64,000 nucleotides of DNA from contig MSGV01000020.1 of assembly GCA_001940845.1 (NCBI GenBank), forward strand, positions 90-64,089, in the 5' to 3' direction. Of the stretch, positions 20,528 to 29,629 are shown one piece after another. Under the pieces are notes generated by a model, which was not told where the DNA came from, did no database searches, and saw only the letters and a list, made by a program, of their open reading frames with translations. The stretch's first letter is position 1; each line of letters opens with the position of its first letter. The position numbers and the translations under genes are program-made. This stretch comes from Christensenellaceae bacterium Phil7. Its GTDB lineage: Bacteria; Bacillota; Clostridia; Christensenellales; CAG-138.

Positions 20528-21940
20528 ATGAAACCAACCTATGAATCCCCCCTATCCTCTCGTTATGCGTCACCCTATATGCTTGGGCTGTTTTCTCCGG
20601 ATACTCGCTATCGCACATGGCGCAAGCTTTGGGTCGCCCTGGCAAGAGCCGAGCATAAACTTGGGCTTCCTGTAACCGAAGCACAGGTCAATGAACTCGA
20701 AGCTCATGTAGATGACGAAATAGACTATGAAGCAGTTGCCGCCAAGGAAAAGCTTTTGCGGCATGATGTTATGGCTCATATCCATGTATACGGTGAAAGC
20801 TGTCCGAATGCCTCCGGTATCATTCATTTGGGCGCAACGAGCTGCTATGTTACCGATAATGCGGATTTGATGATCTATCGGGATGCACTCCGCTATATTC
20901 GCGGCGAGCTTGCGGCCGTCATTAAATCGCTCAGCGAGTTTGCCATGGAATATCGCTCCATGCCGACACTGGGATACACTCATTTCCAGCCTGCACAGCT
21001 TGTGACCATAGGAAAGCGCGCATGCCTTTGGATTCAAGATCTCATGCTCGATCTTGAAGAGCTTGATTTCGTGATCGCAAACCTCAAATTCCATGGCTGC
21101 AGAGGTACTACCGGTACGGATGCAAGCTTCCTATCGCTATTTGATGGTGATGAAGAGAAGGTAAAGGAGCTCAGCCGACTTATAGCCGAGGAATGTGGTT
21201 TCCATTCAATGTTTGCTGTTGCGGGGCAAACCTACCCTCGTAAGTACGACAGCCGTATTTTGAACGTACTCTCCTCCATTGCGCAGAGTGCATATCGCTT
21301 TGCCAACGATATGCGGCTTCTCCAGCATCTTCGTCAGGTTGAGGAACCCTTTGAAAAGAATCAGATTGGATCATCCGCCATGGCATATAAGCGAAATCCC
21401 ATGCGCTGTGAACGCATATGTTCTCTCTCCCGTTATATAATTGCCGATGCACTCAATGCCCCCATGACCGCATCAACACAATGGTTTGAGCGCACGCTGG
21501 ATGATTCCGCAAACCGCAGAATCTCCATGCCCGAAGGTTTCCTTGCCTGCGATGCTGTGCTCAGACTTATGCGCAATGTCACAAGTGGGCTGCATGTAAA
21601 TGAAAAAATTATTGAAAAAACGGTTCTTGAATATCTTCCGTTTATCGCTACTGAAAATCTTTTAATGAGCGCCGTCAAAAAGGGCGGTGATCGGCAGGAG
21701 CTTCATGAAGTCATCCGCAGGAACTCCATGGAGGCAACAGCCCGCATGAAGGAAGGTTTGAACTGTGATCTGCTCGATCGGCTCGCAGATGACCCTGAAT
21801 TCCCGCTTGATCGAGATGAGATAACCGCTGTAATGAATCCATCGGACTTCATCGGCAGGGCTCCTCATCAGGTTGAGGAATTTATTGGCAGCATAGATAT
21901 AAGCGGCGCAAACGAAGAAGAGATCAGCATCAACGTCTAG
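20528..21940 (+). CDS. purB: Adenylosuccinate lyase
   Basis: 470 aa with the fumarate-lyase signature GSSAMAYKRNP. Confidence 0.95.
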   Translation: MKPTYESPLSSRYASPYMLGLFSPDTRYRTWRKLWVALARAEHKLGLPVTEAQVNELEAHVDDEIDYEAVAAKEKLLRHDVMAHIHVYGESCPNASGIIHLGATSCYVTDNADLMIYRDALRYIRGELAAVIKSLSEFAMEYRSMPTLGYTHFQPAQLVTIGKRACLWIQDLMLDLEELDFVIANLKFHGCRGTTGTDASFLSLFDGDEEKVKELSRLIAEECGFHSMFAVAGQTYPRKYDSRILNVLSSIAQSAYRFANDMRLLQHLRQVEEPFEKNQIGSSAMAYKRNPMRCERICSLSRYIIADALNAPMTASTQWFERTLDDSANRRISMPEGFLACDAVLRLMRNVTSGLHVNEKIIEKTVLEYLPFIATENLLMSAVKKGGDRQELHEVIRRNSMEATARMKEGLNCDLLDRLADDPEFPLDRDEITAVMNPSDFIGRAPHQVEEFIGSIDISGANEEEISINV

Positions 21941-22004
21941 CCTGTCCATCATGCTCAAAATTACGTCTCAGACTTCCTTCTAAGCATTTTAGACTTTATG
22001 AATC

Positions 22005-22045
22005 AATAAGCAGCCATTGGTTTATCTGCCAGTAGCTGCTTATTT
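22005..22045. terminator. Hairpin between the convergent purB and ppdK genes (possibly bidirectional)
   Basis: 10-bp inverted repeat AATAAGCAGC...GCTGCTTATT with T/A-rich flanks on both strands. Confidence 0.45.
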
Positions 22046-22161
22046 CATATTATTAGCAAAGATTCTGCTCTGCTTTTGCAGTTCAGCGATGTTTTTGTTA
22101 CTATATCGTCGGTAAATTTCAAGAAATCAAAAAACATCGTGAGGATGTATGCAAATTACAT

Positions 22162-22198
22162 ACGACCTGCCCGATAAAGTATCGAGCAGGTCGTTTTC
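22162..22198 (+). terminator. Plus-strand intrinsic terminator-like hairpin
   Basis: Stem ACGACCTGC/GCAGGTCGT with a 15-nt loop, followed by TTTTC. Confidence 0.5.
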
Positions 22199-22261
22199 AG
22201 TCAATATGGATCAATTATAATGCAAATCTATCCTGACTAAACGCATATAATGTTTTTCAAG

Positions 22262-24892
22262 TTATTTGTTATACTTTAAAGCTGCCTGCGCTGCTGCGAG
22301 CCTTGCAATTGGTACGCGGAAAGGCGAGCAGGAAACATAGTTGAGACCGATCCTATGACAGAATTCAACGCTGGAAGGATCTCCGCCATGTTCGCCGCAA
22401 ATACCAAGCTTGATATTCGGACGGGTCTTCTTTCCGAGATCTACAGCGATCTGCATGAGCTTACCAACGCCGGTCTGATCAACGCGAGCGAAGGGATCGC
22501 TTTCAAAGATCTTCTTTTCATAGTAATCATTGAGGAATTTTCCTGCATCATCACGGCTAAAACCGAAGGTCATCTGAGTAAGGTCGTTAGTGCCAAAGCT
22601 GAAGAATTCTGCCTGCTCAGCGACTTCATCCGCAGTGAGTGCTGCACGGGGAATCTCAATCATGGTACCAACCATGTAAGGGATCTTCATTCCCTTCTCG
22701 GTCATAACTAGCTTGGCTGTTTCATCAACAACTGCCTTAACATATGCAAGTTCCTTAGCTTCACCGACCAATGGAATCATTATCTCGGGAATGATCTCGA
22801 GATCGGTTTCCTGACGAACCTCTATAGCGGCTTCGATGACAGCACGGGTCTGCATTTCCGCAATCTCCGGATATGTGATGGAAAGACGGCATCCACGATG
22901 ACCCATCATAGGATTGCTCTCATGAAGGCTGACAACGGTCTTCTTGAGCTCATCGAAGGTGATTCCCATATTATCAGCCAGCTCCTTGATCTCCTCATCC
23001 CTTGTGGGCAGGAACTCATGCAGGGGTGGGTCTAGGAAGCGAATCGTAACGGGACGACCGGCCATTGCTTTATAAATGCCCTTGAAATCATCGCGCTGCA
23101 TGGGAAGGAGCTTTGCAAGCGCAGCCTTACGCTCATCAGCATTCTTGGATACTATCATCTCGCGCATTGCGGGGATTCTCGCCTCATCAAAGAACATATG
23201 CTCGGTACGGCAGAGACCAATGCCCTCTGCACCGAAGCGAACAGCCGTTTCCGCCTGAACGGGTGAATCCGCATTGGTACGAACCTTAAGGGTACGGAAT
23301 GAATCCGCCCATTCCATGATGGTCGCAAAATTGCCGGAAAGCTCTGCGGGAGCTGTCTTTATGGCTTCCGGATATACCTTGCCGGTGCTGCCATCAAGGC
23401 TCATCCAATCGCCTTCCCTCAGAATTGAACCATCGGTGAAAGTGATGGTCTTGCTCTTCTCATCAATAACAACTTCCTTGCAGCCGGATACACAGCAAGT
23501 GCCAAGCTGACGTGCAACAACTGCTGCATGGCTGGTCATGCCGCCGAATGCGGTCAATATGCCTTCAGAAGCTGTCATTCCCTCTATATCCTCTGGGCTG
23601 GTTTCCTTACGGGCCAGGATGACCTTGGCACCTGCTTCATGAGCTGCCTTCGCTTCATCAGCAGAGAAATAGACCATACCACATGCTGCACCGGGGCTTG
23701 CAGCAAGACCCGTAGCCTTTGCCTTTGCCGCTTTGAGGGCTGTGGCTTCAAATGTGGGATGGAGCAGTGCATCGAGCGTCTTGGGCTCGATCATTGCAAC
23801 GGCCTCCTCCTTGGTTCTTGCACCCTCTGCTACCAGATCGACTGCGATCTGAAGGGCGGCTGCCGCTGTACGCTTACCATTACGGGTCTGGAGCATATAA
23901 AGATGTCCGCGTTCGATCGTGAATTCCATATCCTGCATATCGCGATAGTGCTTTTCAAGAATATCAGCTATACGCACGAACTCATTATAGACTGCCTCAT
24001 TGGTTTCACGAAGATGATCGATGGTTTCCGGGGTACGGATACCTGCAACAACATCTTCGCCCTGAGCATTCATAAGGTATTCACCATAAAGCTTCTTCTC
24101 GCCAGTTGAAGGATTACGGGTGAATGCAACACCTGTGCCGCTATCCTCACCCATATTACCGAATACCATGCTCTGTACATTGACCGCTGTTCCCCAGCTT
24201 GCGGGGATATCATTCATGCGGCGATATACGATTGCGCGGGGGTTATCCCAGCTGCGGAAAACAGCCTTGACCGCTTCAAGAAGCTGAGCCATGGGCTCCT
24301 GGGGGAAATCAAAGCCCTTCTTCTCTTTGAACATGACCTTATATGCTTCAACAACCTCCTTGAGGTTTTCAGCGGTCAGTTCTGTATCGAATGTACAATT
24401 ATATTTCTTTTTGATTCCATCAAAGATCTCATCGAAATTGGATTTTTCAACCTCCATTACGACGTCTGAAAACATTTGAATAAATCTGCGATAGCTGTCA
24501 TAAGCAAAACGCTCATTATTAGTGAGCCTTGCAAGTGCAACGACCGTTTCATCATTCAGACCGAGGTTGAGAACGGTATCCATCATACCGGGCATACTTG
24601 CCCTTGCGCCGGAGCGAACGGATACTAGATAAGGATTTTCAATACTGCCGAATTTTTTGCCTACCTTTTCCTCTACGATGGCGAGTGCAGACTTGATCTG
24701 CTCAACAATTTCATCAGCGATCATTCCGCCATCTTCATAATAACGGGTGCAGGCTTCGGTACTTACAGTGAAGCCATAGGGAACGGGAAGGCCGAGACCG
24801 GTCATCTCAGCAAGGTTTGCACCCTTGCCGCCAAGCAGCTCCCTCATATTCGCGTTGCCCTCATTGAAGAGGTACACATACTTATGAGACAT
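22262..24892 (-). CDS. ppdK: Pyruvate, phosphate dikinase
   Basis: About 876 aa. Phosphohistidine motif GGMTSHAAVVAR and C-terminal PEP-utilising TIM barrel (GICGE). The ATG at 24892 follows GGAGGA, so it is preferred over the ORF-track start at 24904. Confidence 0.96.
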   Translation of the reverse strand: MSHKYVYLFNEGNANMRELLGGKGANLAEMTGLGLPVPYGFTVSTEACTRYYEDGGMIADEIVEQIKSALAIVEEKVGKKFGSIENPYLVSVRSGARASMPGMMDTVLNLGLNDETVVALARLTNNERFAYDSYRRFIQMFSDVVMEVEKSNFDEIFDGIKKKYNCTFDTELTAENLKEVVEAYKVMFKEKKGFDFPQEPMAQLLEAVKAVFRSWDNPRAIVYRRMNDIPASWGTAVNVQSMVFGNMGEDSGTGVAFTRNPSTGEKKLYGEYLMNAQGEDVVAGIRTPETIDHLRETNEAVYNEFVRIADILEKHYRDMQDMEFTIERGHLYMLQTRNGKRTAAAALQIAVDLVAEGARTKEEAVAMIEPKTLDALLHPTFEATALKAAKAKATGLAASPGAACGMVYFSADEAKAAHEAGAKVILARKETSPEDIEGMTASEGILTAFGGMTSHAAVVARQLGTCCVSGCKEVVIDEKSKTITFTDGSILREGDWMSLDGSTGKVYPEAIKTAPAELSGNFATIMEWADSFRTLKVRTNADSPVQAETAVRFGAEGIGLCRTEHMFFDEARIPAMREMIVSKNADERKAALAKLLPMQRDDFKGIYKAMAGRPVTIRFLDPPLHEFLPTRDEEIKELADNMGITFDELKKTVVSLHESNPMMGHRGCRLSITYPEIAEMQTRAVIEAAIEVRQETDLEIIPEIMIPLVGEAKELAYVKAVVDETAKLVMTEKGMKIPYMVGTMIEIPRAALTADEVAEQAEFFSFGTNDLTQMTFGFSRDDAGKFLNDYYEKKIFESDPFARVDQTGVGKLMQIAVDLGKKTRPNIKLGICGEHGGDPSSVEFCHRIGLNYVSCSPFRVPIARLAAAQAALKYNK

Positions 24893-25036
24893 AATTTCCT
24901 CCATTTACTTGATTTGTATTCCTTTGGTAGAACACCTCATTATACATATACGGAATTTAAATTTCAAGTATTTACCTCGCATTTTTAACTATTTTTCCGC
25001 AAAAATAAATATATATTCATGAAAGGAGTCGATTTT

Positions 25037-25438
25037 ATGAAAAAATCTAAACCTAAGATAAAAAACTTCGATGCCGATGCTCCCACCAGCACCGGAGAAA
25101 TGAGCCATACTGCTTCTGCAACGGAGGCAACCGGTATGATGTTCACCCCACCGCTGACCGATGGCGAACTTGAATCGCTTCGATCATTACACGAGCTTCA
25201 ATCAACGGAATTTGCTGCGACTGAGTTTGGCGAGATAGAGACCGACCTCGGCTTTCAGGTTCCATCCGATGCGGTAGCCGGCGTTGAAGAAGAGTATCTG
25301 CCCGGAAAGCCCTACAACTCTGAGCTTGACCAGGTAGAGCCCGATATCAATTTTGTGAACAGCCATGACGATCACCACGCCTCACTAAAACCGCTTACCT
25401 TTGTGGATTATTCAAACGGAGAAGGAGAAAAGGGCTGA
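25037..25438 (+). CDS. Small acidic hypothetical protein (probably disordered)
   Basis: 133 aa from the ATG at 25037, 8 nt after AAAGGAG. Rich in D/E/T/S. No recognisable domain. Confidence 0.55.
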   Translation: MKKSKPKIKNFDADAPTSTGEMSHTASATEATGMMFTPPLTDGELESLRSLHELQSTEFAATEFGEIETDLGFQVPSDAVAGVEEEYLPGKPYNSELDQVEPDINFVNSHDDHHASLKPLTFVDYSNGEGEKG

Positions 25439-25506
25439 TTCGGGCTAATTCATTTACAGGATTTCACATTCCATTGTGTATAACGTAGTTTGATTCATTT
25501 TTGCAC

Positions 25507-25535
25507 TTGCAAACTCCGTTCCACTATGTTAAAAT
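25507..25535 (+). promoter_or_regulatory. Promoter of the TPP riboswitch-thiT unit
   Basis: TTGCAA (25507-25512), 17-nt spacer, TAAAAT (25530-25535). Confidence 0.6.
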
Positions 25536-25552
25536 GGATTGTAACCAAATAA

Positions 25553-25640
25553 TATCCGCTGGGTGCGTATGCGGCAATGCCGACATACTGAGAAAGAGCC
25601 TTTGAACCTGTTGGGGTAATACCTGCGTAGGGAAGCGGTA
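25553..25640 (+). promoter_or_regulatory. TPP (THI-box) riboswitch aptamer
   Basis: Conserved THI-box elements in the right order: CTGGGTGC ... CTGAGA ... CCTTTGAACCTG ... GGTAATACC ... GCGTAGGGAAGCGG. P1 pairs CCGC (25556-25559) with GCGG (25635-25638). A thiamine transporter gene lies downstream. Confidence 0.9.
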
Positions 25641-25656
25641 CGGAAATCAAGCTTAT

Positions 25657-25687
25657 GCCTCCGCACCGTTTGCGGAGGCTTTGGTTT
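25657..25687 (+). terminator. Expression-platform terminator of the TPP riboswitch
   Basis: Stem GCCTCCGCA/TGCGGAGGC with a 5-nt loop, then TTTGGTTT. Ends 14 nt before the thiT ATG. Confidence 0.8.
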
Positions 25688-25700
25688 CAGAAAGGACAAT

Positions 25701-26441
25701 ATGTTATTGTTTGACGAAGGAAAATTTTCCTTCACCCTCATCGACGAATTAAAAGACGTCACCACCTTGGGCTGGATTCTTATCGCAGCCGCCGCAGTTA
25801 TAGCCGCTGTTCTCATCATCTTTCTCGTTCAGCGCCGCCGCACCTCTAACAGCGCATCCATTGATGCAGCACCAAGCAAAAAGGAAAATGCAACTTTGGT
25901 CCTCGTTCATGGCGCACTATGCATCGCGCTTTCCTTTGTGCTGAGCTATTTTAAGCTCTTCTCCATGCCGCTTGGCGGTTCTATCACGCTGGCAAGCATG
26001 CTTCCGCTTATGGTTTATTCCAACCGCTATGGAATTAAATATGGTATGATGGCCGGTCTTGTATATGGATTTCTCCAATACGTCCAGGGCGGATACTTTG
26101 CGCATTGGGCACAGTTCTTGCTTGATTATCCCATTGCGTTTGCATTCATTGGATTGGGCGGTCTTGCGAAAGGCGAGCGCAATCTGGTATTCTCCGTATT
26201 GATCGGTGGTACCGCAAGGTTCATCTGCCATCTTGTTTCCGGCATTCTGGTCTTCGGCGAATACGTTATGATTGGTGCTGATGCTGTTACCAATGTACCT
26301 TTTGGCACAATGCTCGGCGCTAACTTCACCGCTTCATTCGTCTATAATGCGCCCTATATGTTTGCCGATATCGCGCTCTGCGCAATAATTGCTCTCCTGC
26401 CGCCTTTCAGAAAAGCAATCAAGCAGGCATTGAACTATTAA
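25701..26441 (+). CDS. thiT: Thiamine transporter ThiT/YuaJ family (ECF S-component) with an N-terminal extension
   Basis: 246 aa. MPLGGSITLASMLPLMV, FLLDYPIAFAFIGLGG and YNAPYM match my recollection of the YuaJ/ThiT core. Preceded by a TPP riboswitch. Confidence 0.85.
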   Translation: MLLFDEGKFSFTLIDELKDVTTLGWILIAAAAVIAAVLIIFLVQRRRTSNSASIDAAPSKKENATLVLVHGALCIALSFVLSYFKLFSMPLGGSITLASMLPLMVYSNRYGIKYGMMAGLVYGFLQYVQGGYFAHWAQFLLDYPIAFAFIGLGGLAKGERNLVFSVLIGGTARFICHLVSGILVFGEYVMIGADAVTNVPFGTMLGANFTASFVYNAPYMFADIALCAIIALLPPFRKAIKQALNY

Positions 26442-26472
26442 GAGCGATCCAATAAATTATCTATTGACCAAT

Positions 26473-26507
26473 AAAATCGTCTGAAATTGCTCAGGCGATT
26501 TTATTTT
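26473..26507 (+). terminator. Terminator after thiT (possibly bidirectional)
   Basis: Stem AAATCGTCTGA/TCAGGCGATTT with one G-T pair, followed by TATTTT. Confidence 0.65.
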
Positions 26508-26535
26508 AAATCGATGCATTTGACGAATACTCTGT

Positions 26536-27438
26536 TCATGATATATTAAGTTGGATTCTCATTTTTAGGCAGCAGTATCTGGAAATTTGCACAAAACCAT
26601 ATTTACTTGCAGCACTGACCAGCTCCACTTCCGATGGCTCCAGCATCATACTTATTGCACTGCATTCCGCTCGCCTATTTCTTAAATCATAAAGCATAGC
26701 CGCAATCAATGCATCCGCATCGGTTCTGCACCCAATATTTGCGCTGAACACCTCACAAATCGTACGATCGAAGCATCTAATACAGATGCTGCTTGATATA
26801 TGGCCGTTTCTTCGTATAATGTAAATATCCCAGTTTTTAAAATCCCGGCGTAGTCTTTCTGCCGTCCAATATTCACCCTCCGTATTATTTTTTTCCCGAT
26901 GAAATTCCAAATACTCATCCAGCGTGCCTAACTCAATATGCTCCACATTCTCACAAGCCGATGCTCCAAAACCGCAAGCACTCCCAAACTCAAACCTGTA
27001 ATCCAAAAGGTCATCTACCATATTATACCCATTTTCAACCAAACACTTCATTACCATTTCGTTTGAAGCTGCTATTCCTATAAAAGCATCGTATCCGTTA
27101 TAATGCTTCACTAAATATTCAAGAAATAATATTAATGGCTCCTTGCTATCAAGAATGCAGCATATGGTTGTCTGTAAATAATGATCCTCTTGAATCGAAA
27201 AAAATCCAAATAATCCTTTAATGTTTTCACCATCGCTTATGCATAATAACTCGCAATCTTCATTATTGATACACTTTATCAGCTCTTCTTGTATTTCTTT
27301 GTCGGAACTTAATAGGGGGTAACTCTTATTGTTGGCCTGACAGCAGTCCAAGACAAAGCCTGCCATAAGAGATATGTTAAGAGCCTCTTTGATTTGTACT
27401 ATTTCCATTCCTTCAAGCCTCCAAGGTTTAATCTCCAT
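26536..27438 (-). CDS. Hypothetical protein, possibly GNAT-like in the C-terminal half; AT-rich orphan
   Basis: Long ORF with 19 Cys. Start uncertain: TTG 27453, ATG 27438, or ATG 27408, which has a GGAGG 9 nt upstream. No strong motif recognised. Confidence 0.6.
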   Translation of the reverse strand: MEIKPWRLEGMEIVQIKEALNISLMAGFVLDCCQANNKSYPLLSSDKEIQEELIKCINNEDCELLCISDGENIKGLFGFFSIQEDHYLQTTICCILDSKEPLILFLEYLVKHYNGYDAFIGIAASNEMVMKCLVENGYNMVDDLLDYRFEFGSACGFGASACENVEHIELGTLDEYLEFHREKNNTEGEYWTAERLRRDFKNWDIYIIRRNGHISSSICIRCFDRTICEVFSANIGCRTDADALIAAMLYDLRNRRAECSAISMMLEPSEVELVSAASKYGFVQISRYCCLKMRIQLNIS

Positions 27439-27505
27439 TATATTTAAAATCAAAGGAGCCCTATCATTCTCAGGCCCCTCATTATGCTCATCGCAATTCC
27501 ATACC

Positions 27506-28144
27506 TCAATGCGGCAGTATTAGGCTTAAAGCCTTCTCAAGCTCTGCCGCACCCATCATGCCTATCTTTTCGAGGACTATATGACCATTAGAATCAATAA
27601 AGAAACTTGCAGGAATACTGCTTACAGAATAAACATCCCCCGCACTATAATCCGTATCAAAATAAACAGGAAAATCATACCCTTCATCCAACATAAAACT
27701 CTTAACCCCCTCTATGGTCTCATTGAAGCCATCCGGCATCGTTATAAAGAGAAAGTTGATATCATCTCCATATTTATGATAAGCTTCCTGAAATTCAGGT
27801 AATTCATTCCGGCACGGTCCGCACCATGTCGCCCAGAAATTGATTACAATTGGCTTTCCAAACAAAGAAGCAAGTTCAACAGGATTTCCATCCTTATCCT
27901 TGACCGTAAAGTTCTCCGCAGTCTTTGAATCGGCGCTATAATCCGGAGTTGCCGTTGGCTCATATGTTGGCACGTCAGTAAGTGTCACATCAGTTTCGGG
28001 ACTTTGTACAGCTGCGGCAGATTGAGTAGGCTCGGGCTTTAATGTTGGATCAGGGCTCGTTGAACAGCCAATAAACTGGCAAAGAACCACCGCCGATAAG
28101 AGAATAAGAATGAGCCCAATGCATAAAGTTTTTTTCATGTTCAC
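27506..28144 (-). CDS. TlpA/ResA-family thiol-disulfide oxidoreductase lipoprotein
   Basis: Signal peptide with lipobox (QFIGCS), a Pro/Thr-rich linker, and a thioredoxin fold with WATWCGPC. Confidence 0.88.
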   Translation of the reverse strand: MNMKKTLCIGLILILLSAVVLCQFIGCSTSPDPTLKPEPTQSAAAVQSPETDVTLTDVPTYEPTATPDYSADSKTAENFTVKDKDGNPVELASLFGKPIVINFWATWCGPCRNELPEFQEAYHKYGDDINFLFITMPDGFNETIEGVKSFMLDEGYDFPVYFDTDYSAGDVYSVSSIPASFFIDSNGHIVLEKIGMMGAAELEKALSLILPH

Positions 28145-28237
28145 CTCCGAAAATAGTTCTATAATGCTGTCTCCGACATTAAAATCGGGTTATAATTTTA
28201 TTTCAATTGCAGACAGGAATTGCATCGGTGATAATTA

Positions 28238-28270
28238 CTAAAAGGGCTATCGCTCGCACGATAACCCCTT
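28238..28270 (-). terminator. Terminator after tuf
   Basis: Minus strand reads GGGGTTATCG-TGCGAG-CGATAGCCC followed by TTTTAG. Confidence 0.7.
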
Positions 28271-28287
28271 TCATAATTTAATTTAGA

Positions 28288-29496
28288 TTATTCAATAACC
28301 TTGGTAACAACGCCGGAAGCAACGGTGCGGCCGCCTTCACGAATAGCGAAGCGGAGACCCTCGTCCATAGCGATGGGAGTGATGAGTTCGATTTCCATGC
28401 GAATGTTATCGCCAGGCATAACCATCTCAACGCCCTCGGGAAGCTTGATAACGCCGGTAACGTCGGTTGTCCTGAAATAGAACTGGGGACGGTAGCCGGA
28501 GAAGAAGGGAGTATGACGTCCACCCTCTTCCTTGGTCAGAACGTAAACCTCAGAATTGAAATGGGTGTGGGGGTGAATGGAGTTGGGCTTAGCCAGAACC
28601 TGACCGCGCTCAACCTCCGACCTCTGAACACCGCGGAGAAGAGCACCGATATTATCGCCTGCGATAGCCTGATCGAGGAGCTTACGGAACATTTCAACGC
28701 CGGTAACAACGGTCTGCTTGGTTTCACGGAGACCAACGATCTGAACGGGATCATTTACCTTAACGATACCGCGCTCAACACGACCGGTAGCAACGGTACC
28801 ACGACCGGTGATGGTGAATACGTCTTCAACAGGCATTAGGAAGGGCTTGTCGGAAGCGCGCTCGGGCTCGGGAATGTAAGCATCAACTGCATCCATCAGT
28901 TCAAAGATGCACTTGCACTCGGGGCAATCCTTTGCATTCTTGCCTGCGGTAAGAGCTTCAAGAGCCCTGAGAGCGGAACCCCTGATGATGGGGATATCAT
29001 CGCCCGGGAAATCATAGCTGGAGAGCAGCTCACGGATTTCCATTTCAACGAGCTCGAGGAGCTCTTCGTCATCAACCTGATCAACCTTGTTCATGAAAAC
29101 AACGATGTAAGGAACGCCAACCTGACGAGCGAGCAGGATGTGCTCACGGGTCTGAGGCATGGGGCCGTCTGCTGCGGAAACGACGAGGATTGCGCCATCC
29201 ATCTGTGCAGCACCAGTGATCATGTTCTTAACATAGTCAGCATGGCCGGGGCAGTCAACATGAGCATAGTGACGATGCTCGGTCTCATATTCAACATGAG
29301 CGGTATTGATGGTTATACCACGAGCCTTCTCTTCGGGAGCCTTGTCGATTTCATCGTAGCGCATTGCAGCGGCATGGCCTTCCTGGGAAAGAGCCATGGT
29401 GATAGCTGCGGTGAGGGTGGTCTTGCCGTGGTCAACATGGCCAATGGTGCCGATGTTAACATGGGGTTTGGTTCTTTCGAACTTCTGCTTTGCCAT
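28288..29496 (-). CDS. tuf: Elongation factor Tu
   Basis: [27 protein letters not shown]. The upstream part of the ORF-track entry (to 29574) is a non-coding extension. Confidence 0.98.
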   Translation of the reverse strand: MAKQKFERTKPHVNIGTIGHVDHGKTTLTAAITMALSQEGHAAAMRYDEIDKAPEEKARGITINTAHVEYETEHRHYAHVDCPGHADYVKNMITGAAQMDGAILVVSAADGPMPQTREHILLARQVGVPYIVVFMNKVDQVDDEELLELVEMEIRELLSSYDFPGDDIPIIRGSALRALEALTAGKNAKDCPECKCIFELMDAVDAYIPEPERASDKPFLMPVEDVFTITGRGTVATGRVERGIVKVNDPVQIVGLRETKQTVVTGVEMFRKLLDQAIAGDNIGALLRGVQRSEVERGQVLAKPNSIHPHTHFNSEVYVLTKEEGGRHTPFFSGYRPQFYFRTTDVTGVIKLPEGVEMVMPGDNIRMEIELITPIAMDEGLRFAIREGGRTVASGVVTKVIE

Positions 29497-29629
29497 TTTT
29501 GTATTCCTCCTGATGGAATGTGATTTTAGCTTTACTTTGGTATTATAGCCTATGCCGCTGAATTTTGCAAGCACAGAACCGGGGTTATCGAGCGAAATTT
29601 TCCTTATTTTAAGGTAAACAGCTCGCGTG

